NCBI GenBank assembly: GCA_963735035.1
Contig: CAVTJJ010000004.1
Location: forward strand, 1,344,001 to 1,408,000
Length of the DNA: 64,000 nt
Source of the DNA: an uncultured candidate division Zixibacteria bacterium
GTDB lineage: Bacteria; Zixibacteria; MSB-5A5; GN15; FEB-12
Direction of reading: 5' to 3'
Of the stretch, positions 10,527 through 20,349 are shown one piece after another. The position numbers were made by a program, and so were the translations under genes. Position 1 is the stretch's first letter; each line of letters begins with the position of its first letter. The notes beneath the pieces were generated by a model, which did not search any database, had not been told where the DNA came from, and was given only the letters and a program-made list of their open reading frames with translations.

Positions 10527-11084
10527 ATGATGAACGAAATTATCAAAGACGCCAGGAATCGGATGATCAAGACGGTCGAGGCGGTCAACAAGGAACTAAG
10601 CGCGGTACGCACCGGAAAAGCGTCACCGCACCTGCTCGACTCAGTCAAGGTCGATGCCTATGGCACTACGATGCCACTCAGCCAACTGGCGACCGTTTCG
10701 GCCCCGGAAGCCCGGTTGCTGGTTGTCCAGGCTTTTGACAAAGGGACTATCGGAGACATCGTCAAAGGGATTCATAAGGCCGACCTGGGCCTGAATCCCA
10801 ACGTTGACGGTCCGGTTATCCGTCTGGCTGTGCCGGCGCTGAACGAAGAGCGTCGCAAAGAACTGGTAAAGCACTGCAAGCATCTGGCGGAAGAAGGGCG
10901 AGTTGCCGTGCGCAACATTCGCCGCGATGCCAATGAGCACATCAAGAAGGGCGAGAAAGACAAGAAGATCTCCGAGGACGACGGCAAGAAGGGACTCGAC
11001 GAGACCCAGAAGCTGACCAACGAGTTCATCGCCAAGATCGACGATATCGTTGAGCGCAAAGAAGCCGAGGTAATGGAGGTCTGA
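10527..11084 (+). CDS. frr: Ribosome recycling factor
   Basis: VRTGKASP-x-LLD, LNEERRKELVK, VAVRNIRRDAN. Confidence 0.97.
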   Translation: MMNEIIKDARNRMIKTVEAVNKELSAVRTGKASPHLLDSVKVDAYGTTMPLSQLATVSAPEARLLVVQAFDKGTIGDIVKGIHKADLGLNPNVDGPVIRLAVPALNEERRKELVKHCKHLAEEGRVAVRNIRRDANEHIKKGEKDKKISEDDGKKGLDETQKLTNEFIAKIDDIVERKEAEVMEV

Positions 11085-11111
11085 CCCTCCGCCACTAAAT
11101 TTGTCCGAATT

Positions 11112-11150
11112 AGGCCGTGGCCGTCCGTCAGGACGACCACGGCTTCTATT
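11112..11150. terminator. Hairpin between convergent frr and CBS gene
   Basis: ggccgtgg-c-cgtcc-gtca-ggacg-a-ccacggct stem-loop. Confidence 0.55.
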
Positions 11151-11158
11151 TGTGGTGT

Positions 11159-11599
11159 CTATCCGGGATATTGATCGTTGATATACTGCCGCAGGTACCG
11201 ATTTTCGGTCTGAATGTGCTTCAATTGTGATTTTACGATATCGCCGACCGACAGCAGGCCCACCAGTCGTCGGCCCTCGACAATGGGAATGTGACGGATA
11301 CGGTTATTGGTAATGATGCCGGCGATGTAGTCCAGGTCATCGTCGGCCACACCCACGATCAGATCGGCGGTCATCAGATCGCCTACCGCCATAGTGTTGA
11401 ATCCGCCCGGATTCTTGAAAGCCGCCCGGAAGATATCTTTGTCGCTGATAATTCCGACCAGATAGTCGCCTTCGCCGAGAACCGGCAGGCAACTGATCCG
11501 ATTGTCGAGCAGCATGGCCATCGCCTGCTGGATCGAGGTCTGTGCACTGGCCGTCAAAACACGGCGGGGGTTTCGTTCCAGATACTCCCTAACGTTCAT
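11159..11599 (-). CDS. Tandem CBS-domain protein
   Basis: ISCLPV...LVGIISDKD and IRHIPIVE...LVGLLSVGDIVK; GGAGGA RBS before ATG at 11599. Confidence 0.85.
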   Translation of the reverse strand: MNVREYLERNPRRVLTASAQTSIQQAMAMLLDNRISCLPVLGEGDYLVGIISDKDIFRAAFKNPGGFNTMAVGDLMTADLIVGVADDDLDYIAGIITNNRIRHIPIVEGRRLVGLLSVGDIVKSQLKHIQTENRYLRQYINDQYPG

Positions 11600-11741
11600 C
11601 GGCTGTCCTCCGGACTTCTCCGGGCCGCGACCTCGACGACGGCGTATAAACTCTTGAGGCCATCGGGCCGGACGATTATCTTGGTTCGTCGGCTGGGGCG
11701 CTGTCGCCACTCGTAAAACACACTATGGACCTGTTTTGTTT

Positions 11742-12419
11742 ATGTCAAGTTTGATTCCCCGGCTCGCGCTTGTTGTCGGGTTGCTACTGCCGGCGTCTTT
11801 GGTGTTGGCTATCGAAGACGAGACCGATCCTGTTATTCAATACTACTGGGGACATGCCCGCACTGCCGCGCCGAAATTCGATCCCAACGTCCCTGGAGTG
11901 AGCTACTGCTTCAAGGCCAGGACCTATCGCCACACCGTGACGTCGGATGGAATAATCCGCAAGACCGATTCGGTCGAGCAGGTATTCTACTATCGTGACG
12001 GCAAGCTGGATTCGGTTCAGCGTGTTCGAGGTGATGCGGACCGATTCAAGAAGCTCGATCTGACTCACCCGACTGTGTTCGAGAATCGGTACCATTTGAA
12101 TTTCTATCCCAACGACGCGGGCGGGCCGAAGCTGGCGATCGGTATGAATTCGGATTCAACGCTTCAGGATCAGCCGGACGGTCTGGTGTTGATCGATCGC
12201 AACCGATACTTCCTGCGCTCACTCTACCTGTTCTATCCGAACAAATCAGGTTACCGGCGGTTTTCCCGCTCGTTCCGATTCACCCTGGTCGACGATCTGG
12301 TGTTCCCGGATTCGGTTTGGGAGGTCGCTACTCAAATCGGAATATTCTTCACGGAAAGCTATCGCCTCGAAACGGGCATCTCTGATATTCGGGTGGAACG
12401 GACCGGGCCGCCACGATAA
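11742..12419 (+). CDS. Secreted hypothetical protein (beta-rich, possibly LolA-like fold)
   Basis: Signal peptide ending VLA; alternating beta-strand pattern; the fold is a guess. Confidence 0.6.
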   Translation: MSSLIPRLALVVGLLLPASLVLAIEDETDPVIQYYWGHARTAAPKFDPNVPGVSYCFKARTYRHTVTSDGIIRKTDSVEQVFYYRDGKLDSVQRVRGDADRFKKLDLTHPTVFENRYHLNFYPNDAGGPKLAIGMNSDSTLQDQPDGLVLIDRNRYFLRSLYLFYPNKSGYRRFSRSFRFTLVDDLVFPDSVWEVATQIGIFFTESYRLETGISDIRVERTGPPR

Positions 12420-12482
12420 CGTCGCCGACCTTGCTTCTAATCAGACTTGCCAACCGGCCAATTCCCAAGTTAGCTTGCTATT

Positions 12483-13250
12483 ATGTCTGAAGAATTACAG
12501 CAGCTCGAATCGGAAATACGCGCCAAGCCTGACCGCATTCCGCGCCATGTGGCGATTATCATGGACGGCAACGGGCGCTGGGCGGCGCAGCGCCACAAGC
12601 CGCGTACTTTTGGTCACGAGGCCGGAGTTCGCGCGGTCAAGGAAGTGGTTCGGGCCTGCTCTGATTTCGGCATCAAATACCTGACCCTGTACACATTTTC
12701 GATAGAAAATTGGAAACGCCCCAAGCTCGAAGTCAGTGCTTTGATGTCTCTTCTGACGCGTACGACCGTCAGCGAACTGGACGAACTTAATAAGAACAAC
12801 GTCAAGCTGATCGTCACGGGTCGGGTAACCGGGCTACCCAGGGAACGTCGGGCGATTATCATGAGCGCGGTCGAGAAGACCCGTCAGAACAGCGGGCTGG
12901 TGCTCAATCTGGCGCTTAACTATGGCGGCCGTACAGAGATTCTGGATGCGGTCAAAGCAATCTCGGAGGCGGTCAAAGGCGGGATGATCGAGGTGTCCGA
13001 CATCGATGAGGAACTGTTTTCCAGCTTTCTCTATACTGCGGCTATACCTGACCCTGACCTGCTGATTCGCACGTCGGGGGAGTGGCGCATTTCCAACTTC
13101 CTGCTGTGGCAGACCAGTTATACCGAGCTTCACATTATCGACACGCTCTGGCCTGATTTCGGTCGCAAGGAACTCTACGAGGCGATCATCGACTATCAAC
13201 AGCGTGAACGTCGGTTCGGCAAGGTTTCGGGAGGAGATGATGAGTCGTAA
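12483..13250 (+). CDS. uppS: Undecaprenyl diphosphate synthase
   Basis: PRHVAIIMDGNGRWA, FSIENWKRP, PDLLIRTSGE-x-RISNFLLWQ. Confidence 0.97.
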   Translation: MSEELQQLESEIRAKPDRIPRHVAIIMDGNGRWAAQRHKPRTFGHEAGVRAVKEVVRACSDFGIKYLTLYTFSIENWKRPKLEVSALMSLLTRTTVSELDELNKNNVKLIVTGRVTGLPRERRAIIMSAVEKTRQNSGLVLNLALNYGGRTEILDAVKAISEAVKGGMIEVSDIDEELFSSFLYTAAIPDPDLLIRTSGEWRISNFLLWQTSYTELHIIDTLWPDFGRKELYEAIIDYQQRERRFGKVSGGDDES

Positions 13251-14109
13251 TCTGGCTGCCCGTCTGGCCGTAGCGGCTGTCGCCATACCATCGATACTCT
13301 GGATTTCATACCGGGGCGGAATCTGGCTGTTTGGCATGATCTCGTTATTTGCGCTGCTGGGGATGGTGGAATATCTCTGGGCCGAAGGTTGGCGTCCGCG
13401 CGATGTTCTGTTCTGGTTTTCGCTGGCCACCGTGGCGGCGGTGTTGATTTTCGTTTTTCAAGGTGGTGCGATAAACGAAGGCCTCGACCCGACCGGCTGG
13501 TATACGTCGGTAGTTGGTCTCTTCGTTCCCTTCTTCTTCGCGGTAAGTGCTCTCTATGTAGCGGCCGGTCGACAAGAGGCGAAGGAGATGTTCGCGTCGC
13601 ATTCACGCCTCGTCTGGGGGGTGGGCTATATCGCCTTTCTCTACCCGCTCGTGTACCTGGTAGGGGAGATTGGCCCGGGACCGGGGACCGACCTGCCGTC
13701 GGGTGGCGATAGCCTCCTGTTCTTGTTCGCGGTGCTCTGGGTTGGCGATACCGCCGCGATGTGGGTCGGTTCGGCTTTCGGCAAACACAAATTAGCTCCT
13801 ACTGTATCACCAAATAAGACGATCGAAGGGTTTGTCGGCGGCTTGCTGGGTGCGCTGGCGATCGGGCTGATTATGCTCTTCTGGAAGTTCTCGGGTGTGC
13901 CCTGGTACCATGTGATGATACTGGCGTTCGGTTGTTCGTTCTGCGGGCAGATCGGCGACCTGGCGGAATCGGTATGGAAGCGTTCCCTGGGTATCAAAGA
14001 TTCATCGGCGCTTATTCCCGGCCACGGCGGAGTGCTCGACCGGTTCGATTCACTTCTGTTCGCGGCTCCGTTCATGTACTGTTACTTTCGGGTAATCGGA
14101 CTAACGTGA
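13240..14109 (+). CDS. cdsA: Phosphatidate cytidylyltransferase
   Basis: SPNKTIEG, GDLAES-x-x-KR-x-x-GIKDS, IPGHGGVLDRFDS. Confidence 0.95.
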   Translation: MSRNLAARLAVAAVAIPSILWISYRGGIWLFGMISLFALLGMVEYLWAEGWRPRDVLFWFSLATVAAVLIFVFQGGAINEGLDPTGWYTSVVGLFVPFFFAVSALYVAAGRQEAKEMFASHSRLVWGVGYIAFLYPLVYLVGEIGPGPGTDLPSGGDSLLFLFAVLWVGDTAAMWVGSAFGKHKLAPTVSPNKTIEGFVGGLLGALAIGLIMLFWKFSGVPWYHVMILAFGCSFCGQIGDLAESVWKRSLGIKDSSALIPGHGGVLDRFDSLLFAAPFMYCYFRVIGLT

Positions 14110-15017
14110 AAGCTCTGGACTATTTCTTTGCGGCAAGGCCGCTTCTACAACTGCCTATCTGGACGGTCTATCTAGTTTCGCTTCATTTCCATGCTGAGTT
14201 GTCGGGGGACAGGTTCGGTTGGATCGATCTGGCGATCATGGCCTGTATCAGCTTGATCTTCACGGGGGCGGTTTATCTGAATCAGGTTTTCGATTTCGAA
14301 ACCGACCGGATTAATCAAAAGGTCGGCTTTCTACAGCGAGGTTTTCTGGGTCAAGCCTCGCTGTTGCGATGGTGTATGATACTCATAGTGCTGTCATTGG
14401 TCGTATCGTTCTTCATATCGAGGCTGACACTCTTTGTCTGCGCCCAATTGGCAGTGTTGGCCATTGCCTACTCGGCCTCGCCGCTTCGTCTGAAAGATCG
14501 CCCGATCGGCGGCCTGCTCGCCAACGGCTGGGGTCACGGGTTCCTGGTGTCATTCGCGATAATGCCGGATATGACCCTGAACAACACCGGGCTTCTGGGC
14601 TGGGATAACCCCATCTATTTCTTCTTGGCCGTGGGAGGGACCTATGTCTTGACGACGATCCCTGATCGCTCCGGTGACGCCGAGGCCGGTAAGCGTACCC
14701 TTGCGGTAGCTCTGGGACGTAACGGTGCCCTGGCCATCGCGGCGATCTTGTTCGGCCTGGCCGACCTGACCGCGTGGCATTCGGGATACCTGTTGCTGTC
14801 GACTCTGGCGGTTGTGGCGGTATTGTTTGTGTTGGCGGCGCTGATTCTCAAGAATGACGCCTCGGTCCGCTTTGCTACCAAGATGCCTTTGCTGATGCTG
14901 ACGCTTCTGGCCGGATACTGGTACCCGGCATATCTGGTGTTTGTTGTTGCTCTGCTTATTCTGACGCGGGCATATTACGGGCGCAGGTTTGGTCTCGTTT
15001 ATCCGGAGTTGGCGTGA
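14106..15017 (+). CDS. UbiA-family membrane prenyltransferase
   Basis: RP at N-terminus, NQVFDFETDRIN, YSASPLRLK, DRSGDAEAGKRTL; many TM helices; GTG start overlaps cdsA stop. Confidence 0.85.
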   Translation: MKALDYFFAARPLLQLPIWTVYLVSLHFHAELSGDRFGWIDLAIMACISLIFTGAVYLNQVFDFETDRINQKVGFLQRGFLGQASLLRWCMILIVLSLVVSFFISRLTLFVCAQLAVLAIAYSASPLRLKDRPIGGLLANGWGHGFLVSFAIMPDMTLNNTGLLGWDNPIYFFLAVGGTYVLTTIPDRSGDAEAGKRTLAVALGRNGALAIAAILFGLADLTAWHSGYLLLSTLAVVAVLFVLAALILKNDASVRFATKMPLLMLTLLAGYWYPAYLVFVVALLILTRAYYGRRFGLVYPELA

Positions 15018-15547
15018 AGATCGGTCGATTCATAGTAGTGTTGTCGGTGATGCTCACAAGCATCGGTTGTGTGCCCTATCCGCGCTACAACCCGGAAGCG
15101 GAGTTCACTCCCCGCGAGCAACGCGCGACCGATCAGTACATGACCACCCATGAGTATATCCAACTGGGGATGATCCTTCAGCGTCAGTTGGGCAAACCGT
15201 ACGCCGGACGCTCCAAATGGGAAGAGGGGATCGATTGTTCGCAGTACATTCGCGATGCCTTCCGCGAGTTCAACGGCCTGCAGCTTCCGCGCACGGTCGC
15301 AGAGCAGTTCGCGCAGGGGACCGACGTCGCCCGTAGCCGTCTCCGTTTCGGCGATCTGATCTTCTTTCGCACCAATCGTGAACGCGTCTCTCACGTAGGT
15401 GTCTACATCGGATTCAATGAATTCATCCACGTTTCATCTTCCAACGGTGTGACTATCAACAATCTGAGCGAGAAATACTGGGCGAGCGCCTTTGCCGGTG
15501 CCCGGCGAATACTTGTTCCCCAGGCGGAGCGAACTGCCGCTCCCTGA
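15014..15547 (+). CDS. NlpC/P60 family lipoprotein
   Basis: Lipobox SIG-C; GIDCS, LPRT, GDLIFF, SHVGVYIG...FIH. Confidence 0.9.
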   Translation: MKIGRFIVVLSVMLTSIGCVPYPRYNPEAEFTPREQRATDQYMTTHEYIQLGMILQRQLGKPYAGRSKWEEGIDCSQYIRDAFREFNGLQLPRTVAEQFAQGTDVARSRLRFGDLIFFRTNRERVSHVGVYIGFNEFIHVSSSNGVTINNLSEKYWASAFAGARRILVPQAERTAAP

Positions 15548-15563
15548 AATCGTTCCAGACATT

Positions 15564-17402
15564 ATGACTAAGCGCAGCCCGGAACTCGCCCTGAAGCTGC
15601 AGAACCTGCCCACCCACCCAGGGGTGTACATGTTTCTGAACGCCAAGGGGAAGCCGCTCTATATCGGCAAGGCTAAGAACCTTCGCAACCGGGTGCGGAC
15701 TTATTTTCAGGCCTCCGGCCCGGTGATGGAGCGTACGCGGCGGATGGTGGCGCAAGTCGTGGATCTCAATTTGATCGTCACCGAAAATGAAATTGAGTCC
15801 CTGATTCTCGAAGCCAATCTCGTTCACGAACACAAACCCCGCTACAACGTCTCGCTCAAAGACGACAAACACTTTCCGTACATCAAGATCACACATGAGC
15901 CATTCCCGCGCGTGCTCGTTGTCCGACACTTCGAAAAAGACAAGGCAACCTATTTCGGTCCGTACACATCGGCGAAAGGGATGCGCCGCACGCTCTCGAT
16001 GCTAAACCATCTCTTCAAGATACGAACCTGCAACTTCCAGATTCCGCCGCCGGAAGGGAAGAAGCTGAAAGTGTGTCTCGACTATCGCATCAACCGATGT
16101 ATGGGACCGTGCGAGGGTCTGCAGTCGCAGGAGGATTACGCCGAATCGATCAAAGCGGTTAAGACGGTTCTCTCCGGCCACAGCCGGCGCCTTATCGACG
16201 AGTTGACCGAGAAGATGCATGCGGCATCCAAAGAGACGCGATTCGAGGAAGCCAAGACCTTTCGCGATCAAATCGAGGCGCTGCAGAGCATCATGATCAA
16301 GCAGAATGTCGACATCGGCGAGATGGTCGATCGCGACATCGTCGCCGTGGCGCGCGAACGCAGCGACGGGGTAGCGGTGGTGATGCAGATTCGCGACGGG
16401 GTCCTTATCGGCCGCCAGGATTTCCGCCTTCAGGCTGACGTTGACAACGATGACGCCGTGGTCGTGGAGACATTCTTCGAGCAGTATTATAATCATCAAC
16501 CTAACCTGCCTGAGGAAATCTGCCTGCCGGTGGAGATACCGGAGACCGGACTTCTCGAGGAATGGCTGACACAGTCCAGAGGATCGAAAGTGCGGATAGT
16601 GACGCCCCGTGCGGGACAGAAAGTCCGACTGATCGATCTGGCCGCCCGCAACGCCCAGCTATTGCTCGACGAGCTCCTGCTGCAGAAGCGCCAGGTGAAG
16701 GACCGAACGTCCAAGATGGTCACGGCGCTCAAGGACGAACTCAAGCTCTCCCGCGCGCCGCGCCGCATGGCCTGTTTTGATATTTCCAATACCGGCGAGG
16801 CGGATTTTGTCGGCTCGTGCGCTTTTTTCGAAAACGGCAAGCCGCTCAAGAATCAGTACCGGCATTTCAAGATCAAGGGGGTGACAGGACAGGACGATTT
16901 CGCCATGATGCGCGAAGTCATCGGGCGGTACTTTCACAATTTCCGCGAGGAAAAGAGCAAGGCCCCCGATCTGGTCGTGGTCGACGGCGGCAAGGGGCAG
17001 TTGTCTTCGGCGCTGGCCGAACTGAATTCACTCGGCTTTGCCGAACAACCGATTATCTCGCTCGCCAAGCGTCTTGAAGAAGTGTATCTGCCGGGTTTCT
17101 CCGGTCCGATCACAATTCCGCGCGGTTCGCCGGCACTGATGCTTCTGAAACGTATTCGTGATGAGGCGCATCGCTTCGCGGTCAATTACAACCGCAAGGT
17201 GCGCCAGAAGCGGACGATTACGTCGCAACTGGACGACATCGCCGGTATTGGCCCGACTCGGCGTGACGCTTTGCTGACACATTTCGGTTCGGTGACGCGC
17301 ATCAAGGAAGCGACGGTCGAGGAGATTGCGGCGGTGAAGGGGATCACGGCCAAACAGGCCGAGGCGGTCAAGGCAGCGCTGGGGCAAGCGTCTATCGCTT
17401 GA
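15564..17402 (+). CDS. uvrC: Excinuclease ABC subunit C
   Basis: PGVY...YIGKAKNLR-x-RV-x-x-YF, FDISN, DGGKGQL, RDEAHRFA, C-terminal HhH. Confidence 0.97.
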   Translation: MTKRSPELALKLQNLPTHPGVYMFLNAKGKPLYIGKAKNLRNRVRTYFQASGPVMERTRRMVAQVVDLNLIVTENEIESLILEANLVHEHKPRYNVSLKDDKHFPYIKITHEPFPRVLVVRHFEKDKATYFGPYTSAKGMRRTLSMLNHLFKIRTCNFQIPPPEGKKLKVCLDYRINRCMGPCEGLQSQEDYAESIKAVKTVLSGHSRRLIDELTEKMHAASKETRFEEAKTFRDQIEALQSIMIKQNVDIGEMVDRDIVAVARERSDGVAVVMQIRDGVLIGRQDFRLQADVDNDDAVVVETFFEQYYNHQPNLPEEICLPVEIPETGLLEEWLTQSRGSKVRIVTPRAGQKVRLIDLAARNAQLLLDELLLQKRQVKDRTSKMVTALKDELKLSRAPRRMACFDISNTGEADFVGSCAFFENGKPLKNQYRHFKIKGVTGQDDFAMMREVIGRYFHNFREEKSKAPDLVVVDGGKGQLSSALAELNSLGFAEQPIISLAKRLEEVYLPGFSGPITIPRGSPALMLLKRIRDEAHRFAVNYNRKVRQKRTITSQLDDIAGIGPTRRDALLTHFGSVTRIKEATVEEIAAVKGITAKQAEAVKAALGQASIA

Positions 17403-17426
17403 CAATTCCGGCGAAACAAGTATCTT
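17399..17426 (+). promoter_or_regulatory. Sigma70-type promoter overlapping uvrC stop
   Basis: TTGACA-N16-TATCTT. Confidence 0.5.
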
Positions 17427-17481
17427 TAATCCATAATCGATTTATCTGACCGGCAAACTTCAAGCTGAATGGAGTATCGCC

Positions 17482-18891
17482 ATGAACTCCCCTTTGAACC
17501 GCGCCGCGTGGGTTTTGCTATTAGTAATTCCTGTGTGCAGTCTACAAGCTCAGTCGATTGATACCCTCTGGACCAAAACGTACTGGTGTGGCAATTATGA
17601 TTCGGTGGGTAACGTGCAGGAGACTTCCGACCACGGCTTCATTATGACCACCGTGTCCGCCCTTCCCGGCCGTACCGATTTCGATATGACCCTCACGAAA
17701 ACTGATTCTATCGGAGTGGTTGAGTGGACTAAGTATCACGGCAGTACTTTGGGTGAAGGCGGATTTCACGTGTTTCAGACTTTCGACGGCGGTTATCTGG
17801 TCAGCGCCCAGAGCAAGCTAACCGGCAGCTCAGGCGGCGCGGGCGGAATCTGGGTTGTCAAGACCGATGCGGCCGGCGACACGGTGTGGACTTTCCCGTA
17901 CTGTCCCGATAATCGCGTTGGCTACGCCCTCCATGCGATCCAGCTCCCCGACAGCAGCTACGCTATCACCGGGTTTATCAACCGATCCGCCACTTTTGGC
18001 GATGCCTTTATCCTTCGTTTGGACAAGGACGGCAATTTCCTCGATTACGATGACTACGGCGACGGCTATACTCAGGAGGGGAAATATATCGCGCTCATGC
18101 CCGACAGCGGCTTCATTCTGGCCGGGACTTTCCGACATACCTATACGACCGAAGAAGACTGGTGGGTGGTCAGGACCGACAAGTATCTGAATACGCTCTG
18201 GGACTCGACCTACGTGCTGACTTCAGGGAACGATGAACTGGGCGGCGCCTGCATGACCGACGATGGTTTGGTGATGGTGGGCTGGACCATCACGATTGGT
18301 CACGTGCTCAAGATCGATTTCGACGGTCATACGATGTGGTCAAAAGAGTTTGCCAAGGGCCGTAATGAGGAGAAATACAACTCGATTGCTCGGACCAGCG
18401 ACGGTGGTTTCATAGTGGGCGGTCTGGCCAACGAACCAGGGTATCGCAGAGACTATATTTTCGTGAAATTTGATCCTGAAGGCGATACGCTCTGGACTTT
18501 CATGGTCGGAGGCGGGGATGACGACCACGGGCGGAGCGTGATCCAGACCTACGACGGCAACTTCGTCATGGCCGGAAAGAGCTCCTCGTGGGTCAACGGC
18601 ACCCTGACCTGGCTGGTCAAGATCGGCGCGCCGGACTGCTGTGTGGGAACAGTCGGCGACTCAAACGGCGACGGTAATCCTGTGCCGACCCTGGGTGACG
18701 CCGTCAGATTGGTTGATGCCGTGTTTATTAGTCTGAACGCTGACGAGTTGCTCTGTCTGACCGAGGCCGATGTCAACCAATCGGGGGGAGCACAGCCTGC
18801 GACGAACGACATTTCGCTGGGCGACATAATGGTTCTAGTTGACTATCTCTTTGTAACCGGCCCGACATTGATATTGAATGATTGTATGTAG
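17482..18891 (+). CDS. Secreted beta-propeller-repeat protein with C-terminal dockerin-like domain
   Basis: Signal peptide; repeats like WVVKTDAAGDTVW and QTxDGGY/F; C-terminal CC-x4-GDSNGDG...DVNQSG...LVDYLF...C. Confidence 0.75.
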   Translation: MNSPLNRAAWVLLLVIPVCSLQAQSIDTLWTKTYWCGNYDSVGNVQETSDHGFIMTTVSALPGRTDFDMTLTKTDSIGVVEWTKYHGSTLGEGGFHVFQTFDGGYLVSAQSKLTGSSGGAGGIWVVKTDAAGDTVWTFPYCPDNRVGYALHAIQLPDSSYAITGFINRSATFGDAFILRLDKDGNFLDYDDYGDGYTQEGKYIALMPDSGFILAGTFRHTYTTEEDWWVVRTDKYLNTLWDSTYVLTSGNDELGGACMTDDGLVMVGWTITIGHVLKIDFDGHTMWSKEFAKGRNEEKYNSIARTSDGGFIVGGLANEPGYRRDYIFVKFDPEGDTLWTFMVGGGDDDHGRSVIQTYDGNFVMAGKSSSWVNGTLTWLVKIGAPDCCVGTVGDSNGDGNPVPTLGDAVRLVDAVFISLNADELLCLTEADVNQSGGAQPATNDISLGDIMVLVDYLFVTGPTLILNDCM

Positions 18892-19013
18892 AGTTGAGAT
18901 GTTCGAGTAGACCCTCGCTCTATCTTGCGCGCTACCGTGAGCCACTGGGCACGTTGGTCCCTAAAGGCACTCGGAACCCTAATATATTCGTCAGATGCCC
19001 TAAACCACCTATA

Positions 19014-19055
19014 CGTCACCCTGAGCCCTGAGCTTGTCGAAGGGTCGAAGGGTGA
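19014..19055. repeat. CGTC-headed REP-like palindrome with internally duplicated arms
   Basis: cgtca ccctgag ccctgag cttg tcgaaggg tcgaaggg tga. Confidence 0.65.
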
Positions 19056-19129
19056 GGTAAGCTTCGGCAATGTCCTCGCCCCTCACAAAATGATTGCTCC
19101 GGTCTGAAAACAGCCCCTATCTTTCGCCC

Positions 19130-20341
19130 ATGCCCGAGCAGCCAAAAGCCTATACCGTAACCGCCCTTACGCGGATGATCAAAGCCTCCCTCGAAGAGCA
19201 ATTTCAAGGTGTTTGGGTTGAGGGAGAAATCTCGAACTACCACCTGCACTCGTCGGGTCACCGCTATATCACACTCAAGGACGAGAACGCCGTCATCAAA
19301 GTAGTAATGTGGCGCTCGGTGGGAGCCACGCTCAAGTTCGAACCCGAAGACGGCCAAAAAGTGCTCGTCTATGGTGACGTCACGGTGTACGAAAAAGGGG
19401 GACAGTACCAGCTTCAGTGTCGCAAAATGATCCCGTCCGGCATCGGCGCGCTCGAACTCGCTTTCCGGCAGCTACACGAGAAGCTCTCCGCCGAGGGCTT
19501 ATTCGACCCTGACCGAAAAGTGCCGCTGCCGCAGTATCCGACTCGAATCGGGATTGTCACATCGCCCACCGGTGCCGCTATTCGCGATATCATTCAGATT
19601 GCCCGCCGCAGGAATCCGTCGGTACAGTTGATAATCTACCCGGCCTCGGTACAGGGCGACACCGCCGCGCAGGAAATAGCCGCCGGTATAGCTTATTTCA
19701 ACACGCGCGAAGACATCGACGTTATCATCACCGGCCGGGGAGGTGGTTCGCTCGAAGACCTCTGGCCGTTTAACACCGAAATAGTAGTGCGGGCGGTGGC
19801 AGCATCGCAAATTCCGATCGTCTCGGCAGTTGGGCACGAAATCGACGTCACCCTCTCCGACTTGGCCGCCGATCTTCGCGCCCCGACTCCGTCGGCTGCC
19901 GCCGAATTGACCGTATGGTCCCGGCGGGAGTATCTGGATCAGGTGAATTCACTCGTTCGAGCGCAGGCGGCTCAACTCGCGACTTTGGTTGAATATGCCC
20001 GGCAGCAGCTTCGTAGTATCATAGGACGGCCAATTTTTCGCCGACCGGAAAATCTGGTCAACCAGCGCCGGCAGGAATTGGACAGTCTTGTCAGGTTCGC
20101 CGGAGTCGCCGGAAAAAACCTCTTTGAGAGGTTCCGAAACGGGCTATCTTTAGGGTTGTCCCGTTTGGACGGTTTGTCGCCGCTCAAGATACTAGCGCGC
20201 GGTTATTCGGTCAGTCGGCGCGAAAACGATCAAGGGCTGGTGCGGTCGTTTGAGGATATCGGCGAAGGTGACCGGTTGGAGACCATTTTGGTGGACGGTC
20301 GACTGGTTTCGGTGATCGAATCCACCCGTAAGGGACAATAG
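19130..20341 (+). CDS. xseA: Exodeoxyribonuclease VII large subunit
   Basis: WVEGEISN, SGHRY, TSPTGAAIRDI, GRGGGSLEDLW-x-FN, SAVGHE-x-D, APTPSAAAE. Confidence 0.97.
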   Translation: MPEQPKAYTVTALTRMIKASLEEQFQGVWVEGEISNYHLHSSGHRYITLKDENAVIKVVMWRSVGATLKFEPEDGQKVLVYGDVTVYEKGGQYQLQCRKMIPSGIGALELAFRQLHEKLSAEGLFDPDRKVPLPQYPTRIGIVTSPTGAAIRDIIQIARRRNPSVQLIIYPASVQGDTAAQEIAAGIAYFNTREDIDVIITGRGGGSLEDLWPFNTEIVVRAVAASQIPIVSAVGHEIDVTLSDLAADLRAPTPSAAAELTVWSRREYLDQVNSLVRAQAAQLATLVEYARQQLRSIIGRPIFRRPENLVNQRRQELDSLVRFAGVAGKNLFERFRNGLSLGLSRLDGLSPLKILARGYSVSRRENDQGLVRSFEDIGEGDRLETILVDGRLVSVIESTRKGQ

Positions 20342-20349
20342 GTGCAACT

